Positions 38,701 to 50,500 of a stretch of DNA of 63,759 nt are shown in pieces. The stretch covers positions 33,914,001 to 33,977,759 of the forward strand of contig OZ249437.1 in NCBI GenBank assembly GCA_965235115.1, in the 5' to 3' direction. Source of the DNA: Laetmonice hystrix (taxonomy: Eukaryota). How positions within the stretch are numbered: position 1 is the first letter of the stretch; every line of letters starts with the position of its first letter. A model generated the notes under the pieces. That model had not been told where the DNA came from, ran no database searches, and was given only the letters and a program-made list of their open reading frames with translations. A program made the position numbers and the translations under genes.

Positions 38701-41700
38701 TTTCATTATCATCGGCAAACCAGGCCTTTTATCCAGTATCTGTAGGTTAGATATAATATCTAGAGTGGACTGTAAGGAAGGTTTGTTTTCTTTTGTTTCC
38801 TCAGGTTTTTGACATCGTCATACACAGGTTTCTGGAGTTACCTCCAGTAACCAAATCACTGGAGAGCCTGTTTGATCACCTCGGGGGCCTCTACAAATTC
38901 CATGGTAATACCATTGACAGTTTATCATTCCATGTGCAGTCAGACCTCGTTAATCTGTGCTTCTGTAATTCGTAATTCTTTAATCTCTATACCTCACAAT
39001 CCAACACACTTTCTGGTAACCTCTTCTACCATTTTCTATTAAAAATGTCTCAGTAATCTGTATATTTCACAATCCGAACACATTTTAATGGGCACCAAGC
39101 TGTTCGGATAAACGAGGAACTACTGTACTCTGATCTGGAAGGTTTACTATTTAATCTTGGATGATAGGCTTTTAAGGAGAACGAATTTCATGCTGAGCAG
39201 GAAGTTAAACTTTGATAGAATCTGTTTTAACACAGCTAATCCAGCCAATTAGTCTCATCCGGCCAATTAGTCTACTCCAGCCAATTAGACTAGTCAGTTA
39301 ATGCTAAGGCTTTATGGGCGTTATGCATGTACAGAATTCCCGCTAAGTAACTGGTTGATGTACATGTTTACTGATCCTGCTGTATATCTCCCGACAGATC
39401 GGCCAGTCACCTACCTCTACAACACATTACATTACTATGAACGCAAGCTGAAGGACAGGGCACCTCTCAAGAAGAAACTTGTCCAATCCATTATTGGTGA
39501 GTGTGCAGTTAGGACCACAACATTTTCTTATTGCATAACTGACCTGTAGGCTGCAGTTGGAGTTAACTTATCTGGTGCGAAATTTGACAGTTCTTGAAAG
39601 TTCACTGAGGTCTTGAAAGTTCACCGAGGTCTTGAAAGTATACTCGAATGTTTGGAACTTCCATTTTAGTCAGAAATCTTAAATAAAAGTTAGGGTCATA
39701 AATATTGAAGGAATCTTTGCAAGTTTTTAAGATTACAGTGTTACTCCTGTAATTTTTCCCTCACAAAGAAGTAACTAAACATAAGGTGTGTAAGTTTGAA
39801 AATGTTTCAGTGGGATCCTGACTGTTTATTTATGGTTATTAGGATCACTGAAGGACATACGCCCACCCAACTGGTGTTTGAGTGAGGACTACCACAAGTA
39901 TTTGAACAGGGGCACTGACGATACAACCTGGGTCCCTGACCATGAATACTACAGCCGACTCATACAGAGACTTGTAGACAATATCCTTTTTGTGATCTGC
40001 ATCAAAACCTACAACGTTTATAGATACATGTATCTATTTCTGTAGGTTGCATACTGCTCAGTGTTCTCAGTAAAAGGAAATCCTTTTTTGCAGACACAGC
40101 ATACTCGTCCACTTGCAGATAGAGCATGCAGTGTAGCACATCAGAGTCGAAATTCCTACATTCAAGTATACTTCTCATTTTAAATAATGGATAAATGGAA
40201 GTGTTATGTGACCTTAACGGCTTGCTACCAATGGCAGGCAAAGTGCCGCCTCCCTTCCCAAACTGTGATTGGCGGTTCAATGAGTTCCCGAATCCTGCAG
40301 CTCACGCACTCTATGCCACCTGTATTGAACTGATGGCATTACCTGTAAGCAGCCAGAGTGTGGGAAATGCTCTCCTTGATCTCATACTGAAAGGGTGAGT
40401 TGACTGTCATCAATAGAAACCCGTTTGATGTTCCTCATTATGGCATAGTTTTTCCCAACTGTTAATCCCTTAATCTCCGTTCATAAATGGAATATATGAA
40501 GACTTAATGTGTTCCTACAGGGCTACCCAGATTCCACGTGCCAAAATCATGGCTTGGATGAACGCCATTGGCTTGGTGCTTACTGCCCTCCCGGTAGGTG
40601 GTTACAGACACACAACACACTTCACCAGTTTCTGAAGCGAGACTAATTAAAACAAGAAAAATGTTACCTTGAAATATAATTACAGGTTACATGGATCTAA
40701 AGTGTCTTAAAATTTTGTAATTGTTTTTGAAGCTACAGAATTACAAAGTGTCATTTCGAACTGATAATTTTCCTCCAGGATGGCTACTGGATGGTGCTTA
40801 CAGACCGCATTATTGAGACACTGACTGATCCAGTGCTGACGTCTCCACCGCCAAACTCGCAACCCTTCCACATGTTCAATTTCACGGCCAGTCACCGGGT
40901 TGTAGGAGAACAACACTGCAGTTATGTACTGGCCCTCTGTCATGCTGTGTGGCAACATGCAAGCATTGGACAACTTTCTAGCCTACCCTCGTAAGTGTTT
41001 CTTACTTTTTTTGGTCTGTGTGCGGTTCTTTGATTGTAATTGTCTAAGATGCTTATGTAATGCAATTAAACCAGTGGTGTATCCAAAGGTCCTGAATAGA
41101 AATAGCTATTTACTATTGACTAAATAGCTGTTTATCATTGTTTCACACTACATGTAATTTGATTTAACAGGGTCTGAAATGTTTGAGAAAAAAAAATGCA
41201 TCACAATTTTTGCTAAAAAGTACCAATTTTCTATAGGTAAATTAATATTTGTATTTGGTAGAGTAATATGTTCAGCAACACCAGGGTAAAAATGCATTGC
41301 ACAGGTTAGAGTTTTACATCGCAAATTGCAATGCGATACTGAACATCATGGACAAATGTGATATCTGTTTAACAAATGTGATATCTGTCTGAATCACATT
41401 GAATTTTGGCCAGTGGAAAAATGCCATGGGTTTGCCAACCCTGGAATAGATGAAGTTGCTTACAAAATTAACATGAGTGATCATGTTCCATTATTGTAGT
41501 CTACTACATGAGAAGCTGAGGCCTCTGATTCAGACAGAAGAACAATATCTCTTCATCTGTCATCTGGTCGGACCCTTCCTTCAGCGTATACATGCTGAAC
41601 GCACTCGGTGCTTACTAGAGGTGAGTGAGTCCATCTGATCTACTAAGTCTTATAGACTTTTCTTCGATCTATGTATCGGTAATTCACTAACAAATCTTTT

Positions 41701-44700
41701 TTTCCCATTTTGTCAGCTGATGGAGTCAAGTAGAGTGACCGTGTGTGTTGTATAGTGAACTCTTGGTTGCTGTTTCAGCTGACAGTCGAGCTGTACGAGT
41801 GTTGAGTAGAGTGACCACATGTGTTGTATAGTGTGACAACTCTTGGTTGCTGTTTCAGCTGGCGGTCGAGCTGTCTGAATGTGTTGAGTAGAGTGACCAC
41901 ATGTGTTGTATAGTGTGACAACTCTTGGTTGCTGTTTCAGCTGGCGGTCGAGCTGTCTGAATGTGTTGAGTAGAGTGATGTGTTGTATAGTGTAAGAACT
42001 CCTGGTTGCTGTTTCAGCTGACGGTCGAGCTGTCTGAATGTGTTGAGTAGAGTGATGTGTTGTATAGTGTAAGAACTCTTGGTTGCTGTTTCAGCTGACG
42101 GTCGAGCTGTCTGAATGTGTTGAGTAGAGTGACCACATGTGTTGTATAGTGTGACAACTCTTGGTTGCTGTTTCAGCTGGCGGTCGAGCTGTCTGAATGT
42201 GTTGAGTAGTGTGACTGGGGGTGTTGTATACCGTAGTGTAAGAACTCTTGGTTGCTGTTTCAGCTGACAGTCGAGCTGTAAGAGTGTTGAGTAAAGTGAC
42301 CACATGTGTTGTATAGTGTGACAACTCTTGGTTGCTGTTTCAGCTGGCGGTCGAGCTGTCTGAATGTGTTGAGTAGTGTGACTGGGGGTGTTGTATACCG
42401 TAGTGTAAGAACCCTTGGTTGCTGTTTCAGCTGACAGTCGAGCTGTATGAGTGTTGAGCAGTGTGACCATGTGTGTTGTATAGTGTGACAACTCTTGGTT
42501 GCTGTTTCAGCTGACGGTCGAGCTGTCTGAATGTGTTGAGTAGAGTGATGTGTTGTATAGTGTAAGAACTCTTGGTTGCTGTTTCAGCTGACGGTCGAGC
42601 TGTCTGAATGTGTTGAGTAGAGTGATGTGTTGTATAGTGTAAGAACTCTTGGTTGCTGTTTCAGCTGACGGTCGAGCTGTCTGAATGTGTTGAGTAGAGT
42701 GATGTGTTGTATAGTGTAAGAACTCTTGGTTGCTGTTTCAGCTGACGGTCGAGCTGTCTGAATGTGTTGAGTAGAGTGATGTGTTGTATAGTGTAAGAAC
42801 TCTTGGTTGCTGTTTCAGCTGACGGTCGAGCTGTCTGAATGTGAGGGGTAGAGTGATGTGTTGTATAGTGTAAGAACTCTTGGTTGCTGTTTCAGCTGAC
42901 GGTCGAGCTGTCTGAATGTGTTGAGTAGAGTGACCGCGTGTGTTGTATAGTGTAAGAACTCTTGGTTGCTGTTTCAGCTGATGGTCGAGCTGTCTGAATG
43001 TGTTGAGTAGAGTGATGTGTTGTATAGTGTAAGAACTCTTGGTTGCTGTTTCAGCTGACGGTCGAGCTGTCTGAATGTGTTGAGTAGAGTGATGTGTTGT
43101 ATAGTGTAAGAACTCTTGGTTGCTGTTTCAGCTGACGGTTGAGCTGTCTGAATGTGTTGAGTAGAGTGACCACGTGTGTTGTATAGTGTAAGAACTCTTG
43201 GTTGCTGTTTCAGCTGACGGTCGAGCTGTCTGAATGTGTTGAGTAGAGTGATGTGTTGTATAGTGTAAGAACTCTTGGTTGCTGTTTCAGCTGACGGTCG
43301 AGCTGTCTGAATGTGTTGAGTAGATTGATGTGTTGTATAGTGTAAGAACTCTTGGTTACTGTTTCAGCTGACGGTCGAGCTGTCTGAATGTGTTGAGTAG
43401 ATTGATGTGTTGTATAGTGTAAGAACTCTTGGTTGCTGTTTCAGCTGACGGTCGAGCTGTATGAGATGTTGGAGGTGGTCGATAAGAAGGTGGATCACAT
43501 GAACCACATGGATCCCATAACAGACTTCCTGTATCCTTACACCATAACCACCGTACACAAAGTAGTTTACCAGGGGTACTCCCCCCCCCCCACCTGCTTT
43601 CAGGGATGAAAGTTTTCAGGAAATTTCCTGAAATCAGGAAATTTGAAAAAATCCCCCCCCCCCAAAGAAATAACACCCAAAAAAGGAAATAGGCCTAGAT
43701 CTATAGGCAAAAGAGGTAGGCCTAAGCCAAGGCTAAGTATTGCCCTGGACTGTGTGGTGGGCAATTAATATCAAATGAAACAATATCCCCTTCCAGGACG
43801 TTTTTTAACACCATGCAGCTCAATATATCTCTACCTGCCAAAGTTCGTTTATAGATGGGGATATTAGAGTGTCTCAAACCCGTCCAGTGTCACGGGTGCC
43901 ACCGTGCATAGGCCGGTCTGCCGGGGGTGCTGGTCCCTGTAGCTGTGGTCACATCGCTCACATAGACCGGCCCGCGTGGGCTGACTTCTACCGGCACGCG
44001 GTTGCGTCTGTCCCGTCTGGCAGGCACGGCCCCGTGTCGCTGTGGTGAGAGCGACTCACCTCAGGTAATGACTTCAGGCAAAATTGATGGTCAGGCAGCT
44101 GCGAAGCCCGTTGATTCAGGCTTGCCATTATGCCATATCCATGCGCGAGTTTTGCCTGAGCGCTCACTTAGTGATAGCAACGAGACTATACACAGACCGG
44201 TCTGTCTAGTCCCGGTGATAGTGATTAGGCTGACGAACTACGCACCATCACAATGTCACTCCTCACAGGAAACTGGGTCAATTTAGTTCTATGAATCTGC
44301 CTAGTATATATGTCAGTAAGTTCTCATAATGTGTTCTTGCATATAAATTTGAGGATAGTGGCATTACGTAAGTGGTTTTCACTGAAGTTTTGGGGTTGTC
44401 AGGACTTTTCATTACATTTGTCGCTCAGTGCAGGTGTCCTGATAAGACCGGCGGAAGTGACAATTTTCACAACAACATGAGTGGCACATGGACACACGGG
44501 CTGAACCACACTCGACTCAGCGAAGCCTGTGTTGCTTGGCTGAGAGCCGCTGAGGGTCGTGACTGCTGAGGGTCAAGACTGATGGACAGCCTGTGTGGTC
44601 AGTCTAACACATGGAAGCTGTTTGACAACGTAATCGGTTGCATTTTGGACGCTAAAAGCCGACTGGATTCCAATGTTGGAGAGAGACGGCAGAGCCAGGC

Positions 44701-45501
44701 AGAGGTTGACACTGACTGTGACTGAGTGACAGGCAAGCAACAGCCTTGAACAGGGGCATGGACTGATGAGTGATGGAGTCTATCCAGCAAATTTGCAGGG
44801 GTGGGGGGTTGAGGGGGTGGGGTGGGTGGGGGGGGGGGGTGGCGACTAAATACTGAGGGCTAGGCCCTATAATATATAATAGCTAGGAGGCCTTATCGGA
44901 TCATGATTGTCTGCTGTTCCTAGCCTGACTTTTTTTTAAGGGGGGGGGGGGGTAAGCCTTGGATGTGCGCATGAACAAATATTAATTATGGACATTGGCC
45001 CCCGCCGCTCCCCCCCCCCCCCCCCCCCCCCCCCCGGTCAGAATTTCAGGAAATTTTACAGCTGGCCACTTTCATCCCTGTGCTTTAGAAATATGTAAAA
45101 CATTTCCAAATAGTTAAAATTAACTTATCCAGCACCTGCTTTAGAAGATATTTAAAATATTTTAAAATTATCTCATAGCTCAGATACGAGAATTCGTTTT
45201 CAAATGTATAAATAATTTTTAAGAAATTTTTTTCTAAATTAAACAAAAACCTTTTTGGAGGTACAGTTTGAGAGTACGAGGTTTTTGAATGTCAGGTAAG
45301 AATAAAATAGCCCTGGGGCTGATCAGGTCAGATAAAGAGATCATCCTTAACCAGTGCGCCAGGTATCACATCAAGTATATGTTTGTAGGAGATGGGGTTA
45401 AGAATGAAGTGGAGAAAGTGATTCGGAACCTGCGCCAGGAACTCCAGCTCCGACTACGGTTCATCTCTCATCACAGCAAGGAGGAAACAGCAGCGGTCTG
45501 A
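20728..45501 (+). CDS. MED23: Mediator of RNA polymerase II transcription subunit 23, 1340 aa, 34 coding exons
   Basis: join(20728-20781,21951-22061,22494-22618,22873-22984,23367-23465,23659-23763,24115-24184,24445-24557,26926-27021,32873-33076,33341-33427,33642-33844,34333-34406,34688-34856,35216-35358,35615-35789,36080-36249,36376-36573,36846-36912,37104-37157,37242-37350,37482-37553,37846-37956,38199-38258,38492-38599,38805-38904,39398-39496,39843-39980,40229-40394,40521-40593,40779-40990,41500-41620,43445-43530,45363-45501) = 4023 nt in an open frame. MED23 motifs recognised: RRIIGGVDYKG, RYVLEQPYSRDMVC, GRDHLMWVLLQFISGSIQKN, ALVETYSRLLVYMEIESLGIKGFI, YLPIYFGNVCLRFLPVFDIVIHRFLE, CDWRFNEFPNPAAHAL. 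Confidence 0.98.
31365..32878 (+). repeat. Minisatellite, about 26 units of 55-63 bp, built from the 3' splice site of MED23 exon 10
   Basis: Unit approximately GTTTGTTTAATTTACACCTGACACGTCAGGCCTGCTCTCACTG(C/AT)AG|GTTAGGGTGG. The last unit is the functional acceptor CAG|GTT AAG CAG CGC TGT (VKQRC). Confidence 0.95.
39981..40228 (+). other. U12-type AT-AC intron of MED23 (intron 28, 248 nt)
   Basis: 5' end ATATCCTTTT, branch CCTTAAC at 40212-18, 3' end ...GCTAC|. Splicing restores LVD-T-MAGK as in vertebrate MED23. Confidence 0.93.
41716..43460 (+). repeat. Minisatellite, 22 units of 77-87 bp, built from the 3' splice site and first codons of MED23 exon 33
   Basis: Unit approximately GTGTTGTATAGTGTAAGAACTCTTGGTTGCTGTTTCAG|CTGACGGTCGAGCTGTCTGAATGTGTTGAGTAGAGTGAT. 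I counted 22 TGTTTCAGCT acceptors. The last continues as CTG ACG GTC GAG CTG TAT GAG ATG (LTVELYEM). Confidence 0.95.
43531..45362 (+). other. U12-type GT-AG intron of MED23 (terminal intron 33, 1832 nt)
   Basis: 5' end GTATCCTTAC, branch TCCTTAAC at 45344-51, AG at 45361-62, and no polypyrimidine tract. Splicing restores DF-L-YHIKYMF. Confidence 0.92.
43601..45080. mobile_element. 1480-bp hAT-like non-autonomous element inside the U12 intron
   Basis: TIR CAGGGATGAAAGT ... ACTTTCATCCCTG, flanked by TGCTTT (6 bp) on both sides. No transposase ORF is seen. Confidence 0.75.
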
Positions 45502-46710
45502 TGGGTGCGGGTAGAAACATCTCACAAAACATGTTCCTAAAAAAATCAATTTTTTTTTCAGGACCTCCTGACCTCCAACTTCCGACTCTCTATCAGTTCA
45601 GGCATATTTTAATCAGTTTCTACGTCAGTTGACAATTCATGAAAGCAGCCATATGTTGTTGTAAATCTGCAAAGATTACTAAAGAAATTGATGAGAAAGT
45701 ATGATGTCACTAGACAAGAAAATCACTGTGATAATGCAGAGTTTAAGCAGTTTGTTGTACGAGTCTTCGGCATGGACATGGTTATTCCATAAAATCTACA
45801 TAAGTTTTTCAATCAGTTCAATTATCATAAAAGATTTCGATATACGTACAAGATACCTATATAAATAAGTGCCTTTTTAGGAGAGGTTTTGACAGGCTTA
45901 TTCAGTGACTTCAGAAAATCCAGGTTGATTCGAGTTCTTCCGTCACCTCAACTTATTTGATAGAAATCGTCAGCAGTTTGCCCCGGTAAACTTCTTGAGA
46001 CTTGAGGTCTTTTGGAAAGAAATTTTCATCCAATATTTTATATCTTATTAAAGATGTTCAATGGCAGATTATTCCCCCCCCCCGAAGCCATCAGTGGAGA
46101 CAGGAATGAAACACATACATGTACTCATCTGTTCACAATGTAAATATTAGTATGCCTACCATAGTTCATACCACTGTAAATAATGTAGAAATGCGTGTAT
46201 ACTCGATCAAGTATTAAAGTTGAGTGACTAAACATTGTACTTCTAGCATATCCGAGGCCATCTGTGTTATTAAAAGAGGACACAAGATGTCTAGGTTGTA
46301 GTACTTTCCTGTTAACGAATGGAATAATTTATTGGCAGCTATGTTTCAACTCGTTCCACTGCCAGATTCGGAACGAGATGGTCATGGTTTAATCAATAAA
46401 AAGTTGTCGCAGGGTTTATCGTGGCGTTTGTTGTACTACTCTAATTTTTTGATTACACGTACAGTCAATTATGATACAGTATGACCTGGAGGTTCTGTCC
46501 CTCCATTGGCAAACCCTACTTCCATTTCAATTTGACCCTTACACCGACTCTTCTTGACTCGGGCCTGTATGCGGGTTCAGTATCCAATCGAAGAAAAATC
46601 GTCCCCTGTCCCAAAAACATGAAAAATATATCTTTAGCATGTAGTCTATGTAAACCTGCGCACATCGCTTGGAATGGTGTTCATTGAGACATAGGCTGAA
46701 TCAGTCTTAA

Positions 46711-47018
46711 AGCCACTCTCCCACTTATACGTAGTCTGCGCCGTAATCCCATGTAACATAAATACGTGCAATTATGGAAGGAGAGTAGTGAGGCGAGGGG
46801 CACTACACAGGGGGTACACTGACTCAAGTTTCTGCATACGTGAGGCATTACATAGCCATTCACATAGGATTACAAGAAAACGTAGACCATCGCGTAGATC
46901 GTTACGAGTATGTGAGACTATGTAGCAGTACGTGAGACTACGTACCAACGTACCCAGTAACTCTCGCATGACTTGCAGCGTATTACGGGAATGACTACGT
47001 GTAAGTGGGCGAGCACCT
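46711..47018. mobile_element. MITE with imperfect TIRs (Kolobok- or Harbinger-like)
   Basis: AGCCACTCTCCCACTTATACGTAGTC versus GACTACGTGTAAGTGGGCGAGCACCT, with flanks TTAA and TTAG. Confidence 0.55.
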
Positions 47019-47506
47019 TTAGGGATAACTTGCTCTTGCCCAACAAATTCCTTTGACTCGTGCTAACTCTACGTTTTTTTTATGGAAGGGGTGCCAGTCC
47101 AATTTGGCTACACTGGGGGTTAGGCCAATCGATGCAGCTGGTATTTTCCATGGTTTTAACAGAAAACATAACGAACGTAGTTCATATCAGAATGTCTTTA
47201 CTGGAGTTCGCAAGATCTCAGAGGAGTGTACACAATTTCATTGATTTATAAATTATACATTGAACAATTCATTTATTTGCACCTGTTGCACTTTAGCTCA
47301 TAGCACATCATCACTTGGCCAACGTTGGCCCACCATAGGTAATTCTGTCTGGGCAATGACTTTTTGTCCACTGGTAGGCCAACATTGGTTCACTGCTCAG
47401 CTCAGCCACCAGAATGATGTTGGCCAGATGACAGGAACTGACATTGACCCGACAGCCCGCCCACTAAAAATTCAACGGCCTAAAAACTTTGTGCTGTTCA
47501 GAGTTG

Positions 47507-50500
47507 TTATCTTTTTTGTTTTTTGCTTTTCTTTTTCTTACAGGGCTCACTCGGTACATTTTCTGTTCCTTCTTCAACTTCGACTTCATCTTCTTTGTCC
47601 AGTTTCCTTTTCTTTTTCTTCTCCTTTCCAGTTCCTCTCTCTATTTCACAGCAATCCTGATCAGTATGGTTGTTGTCATCCAAGACCTCTACCTCCTTTT
47701 CACTTCTCTTTTTCTTTTTTTTGCGTCGCTTTTTAGTCCGTTCGTCACTCTGTACACACTCTACATCTGCTGCACCATCGTTCTCTTTTGTACTTCTTGC
47801 ATGTTCATCACCACTGTCATCACTTCTACAAGGGTCTGAATCATTCTCACTAATTTTGGGAGTAGAACTGGCACTTTCCTCATCAACGCACTCCTTCTTA
47901 GACTTTTTCTTCTTCTTTTTCTTCTTTTTTTTACTTAGATCATCTGTTACCACTTCAATCACATCCTTTTTGTCATCACCATTTCGTGTGTTCTGCTTCT
48001 CTGAGGCTTTTTGACTGTCAATATCATCAGATACTTTGGAGCTGTATTTGGCCAAAAAGGACCGCTCTTGTTCTTGTATTCTTGCTAACTTTGCACTTGC
48101 TGTGATACCATGACGGGCACCCCTAGACAGAAAACATTGGTGATTTGATGTTACATTGAAGCTGTTGGCTTAACTGACATGAGAAAAGTTATGAATTGAA
48201 AGACAACATAACTTTCATTACACCTTCAGGCAAAGAGTTCAAGGTTATTTTGGTGCATTAACACAATCATGTTAGCATGTAAGATTCCAAGAACATTTAA
48301 TATTAGCTATAAATTTTAAGTTACAGAAGGGAAGTAACCAAACTTACTTGTGTGCTGTTCTTCCTTCACAGATTTTGAATAGCTCTTCATCTGTACATTG
48401 CCTTTTTTAAAAGAAAATAAATAATGAGTTATAGGCTTTCCCCCCAGCACAAATGTTTTGAATGATTTGCATATAACATACAGAAATACTTTATTCAACC
48501 ATTATTTGGAAATTAACCAGTACCTGTGTTATGTGCGATTTCTTTTCAAATGCACAGACAGCAGGTGTACCCCAGTTACTTTCAGAATGTCCGGAGAAGA
48601 GAAATGTTGTATAGTACTTAACTGAAATTGAACCCAAGCCCTAAGATTTCTGCACCCATTCACATAGCATAAGGTCTCAACACCCATGCCCACTCGGCCA
48701 TTGCCACTTCCATTAGTGTGTATGTGTGTGTGTGATAGAACTGTTGTAACCTATATTTTATCACAAGCCACTGAATCACTCTCTACCTGAGATTTTCATT
48801 TTTCTCTTCATCCTCCTCTGAGTCACTTTCACTGCTAGCTTCAGCCGTCATCTTCCCATCATTCAGTGTAGCCGCCTGAAAGTGGAACAAGTAGCTGAGT
48901 CACTAACAATCATAATCTTAAAACCTTGAGGCTTTCCATGAAATATCAAACTCCTTCTTCAGCAGGTCTCGTGTTTCTGATAAAATACTGCTGCCTGGGT
49001 GAAAATGAACAAATCTTGTATTGGATAACATCTGATGAAGATGAGTGGATCAATCATTACCCTTCACCAGCTACTTTAACCCACACAGTATATTGTTATC
49101 ATATATCAGTAACCTGAGTTTGTTGTTGTTATAAATGCCACTTTGTGCCGTCAGTTTACCTTTATAAACCGTCCATACAGCATCTCTTTGTTAGCCAAAG
49201 CTTTGCTCAGGGGTTTCTTTGTGCTCACAGCCAAATCCTCTTCAGTCTCCACCTGGACTCCCTCCTAAAAAATGACAAAACTCTGTCCATCATTACAAGA
49301 AAAGCGTGAAAATGAACCATATGTAGACAGGATATGGATGCTTAGGAATCTCAGCTTTAAAAGGGACCAGATAAATGTTTAAACAAAATTAATGACTGTG
49401 TTGGGGGTGGGGAGGGGGGAGGGAAGTACTGCTATCTGCACAAGTTTGGCAGAAACTGACTTACCTGGGAATTGTTAACTTTGATGTTGTTGGCAGCTTT
49501 GTTAAAGACATTTTCCCACCAGTGGTAAGTAAACTCATCACCAGGATTGTGGCCTACCTGAAAGGTTAAGAGTACAAAAATGTGAACTGGCACAAATTAT
49601 TTACCAAAAAAAGCAGCATATTTATTACCATTAAACAGTTGAAGATAGACAGGCTACAAAATTTATATTACATAGCATGGATACATTTTGTCTGTATTTT
49701 AAACTCCATAACTAATACTTTCTATCACAGTACATTTCAAGAGCAAGAATACTGGCTATAGTCATGATAAAACTTACCCCAGCTGTGTCAAACTTGAGTT
49801 TCACCTTGATGGCATCTGTCATGCCATGTTCAGCTCGCCCGAGTCCTTTTCCTGTTAGGGACATCAAAACAACGAGTTACAGTCAGAACGTCCACGAGTC
49901 AGAACGTCCACGGTGCCACTGAGTCAGAACGTCCATGCAACATGGTCAGAACGTCCATACCACTTTGCAACTCACACATATCGACATTTCCTTTCTGCCA
50001 ATGTCATTGAATGAGCCTTTTTGGGGGCCCTGGCCTAGATGATAGTCGTAACTATTACCGTAATAGATCTATAGTAGCTAAGCAGTGGGTCTTTTTTACG
50101 AAACGGAGCCTTGCTAACGATTTAAACCGAACGAAACCGAGTTCCTATTGAAGTTAACACATCTCTGAGTAGGGTACTGGCGTAGCCTAATGTGTTTCGG
50201 GTAGCCGCAGGCCTCGACCAACTGTTATGTTCAGTAAAGCTAAAGATGATCAAACTCAACAACTCCCCCAAAACCAACTAACTTATTCACCCTCATGTGC
50301 CTCTCTATCATTAAAGTTTACCCCATTACCGACTGATGGGGCTGACATGGCCGCTAGCTGTCTGGGGTGCTGAAGGGAAGGGAGAGAACTTACCGCTCGG
50401 TTTCGTGAAAAAGACCTAGATCTACCACCTTTTGACTGCTACAAAGTACAAGTCTAGATCATGGACTATACCCTATAATATATATGGGCCCCATAATATA

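Noticed and set aside
41937-42491. Minus-strand ORFs of 77-184 aa over the array, plus ORFs 43356-43676 and 57310-57513
   Set aside because: By-products of repeat periodicity, antisense to real genes.
31365-43460. CRISPR-like appearance of the regular arrays
   Set aside because: The units are contiguous with no unique spacers, no cas genes are present, and the context is a eukaryotic intron.
47260-48014. Plus-strand Phe/Ser/Leu-rich ORFs (158, 116 and 114 aa)
   Set aside because: Antisense shadows of the Lys/Glu-rich last exon of GPATCH4.
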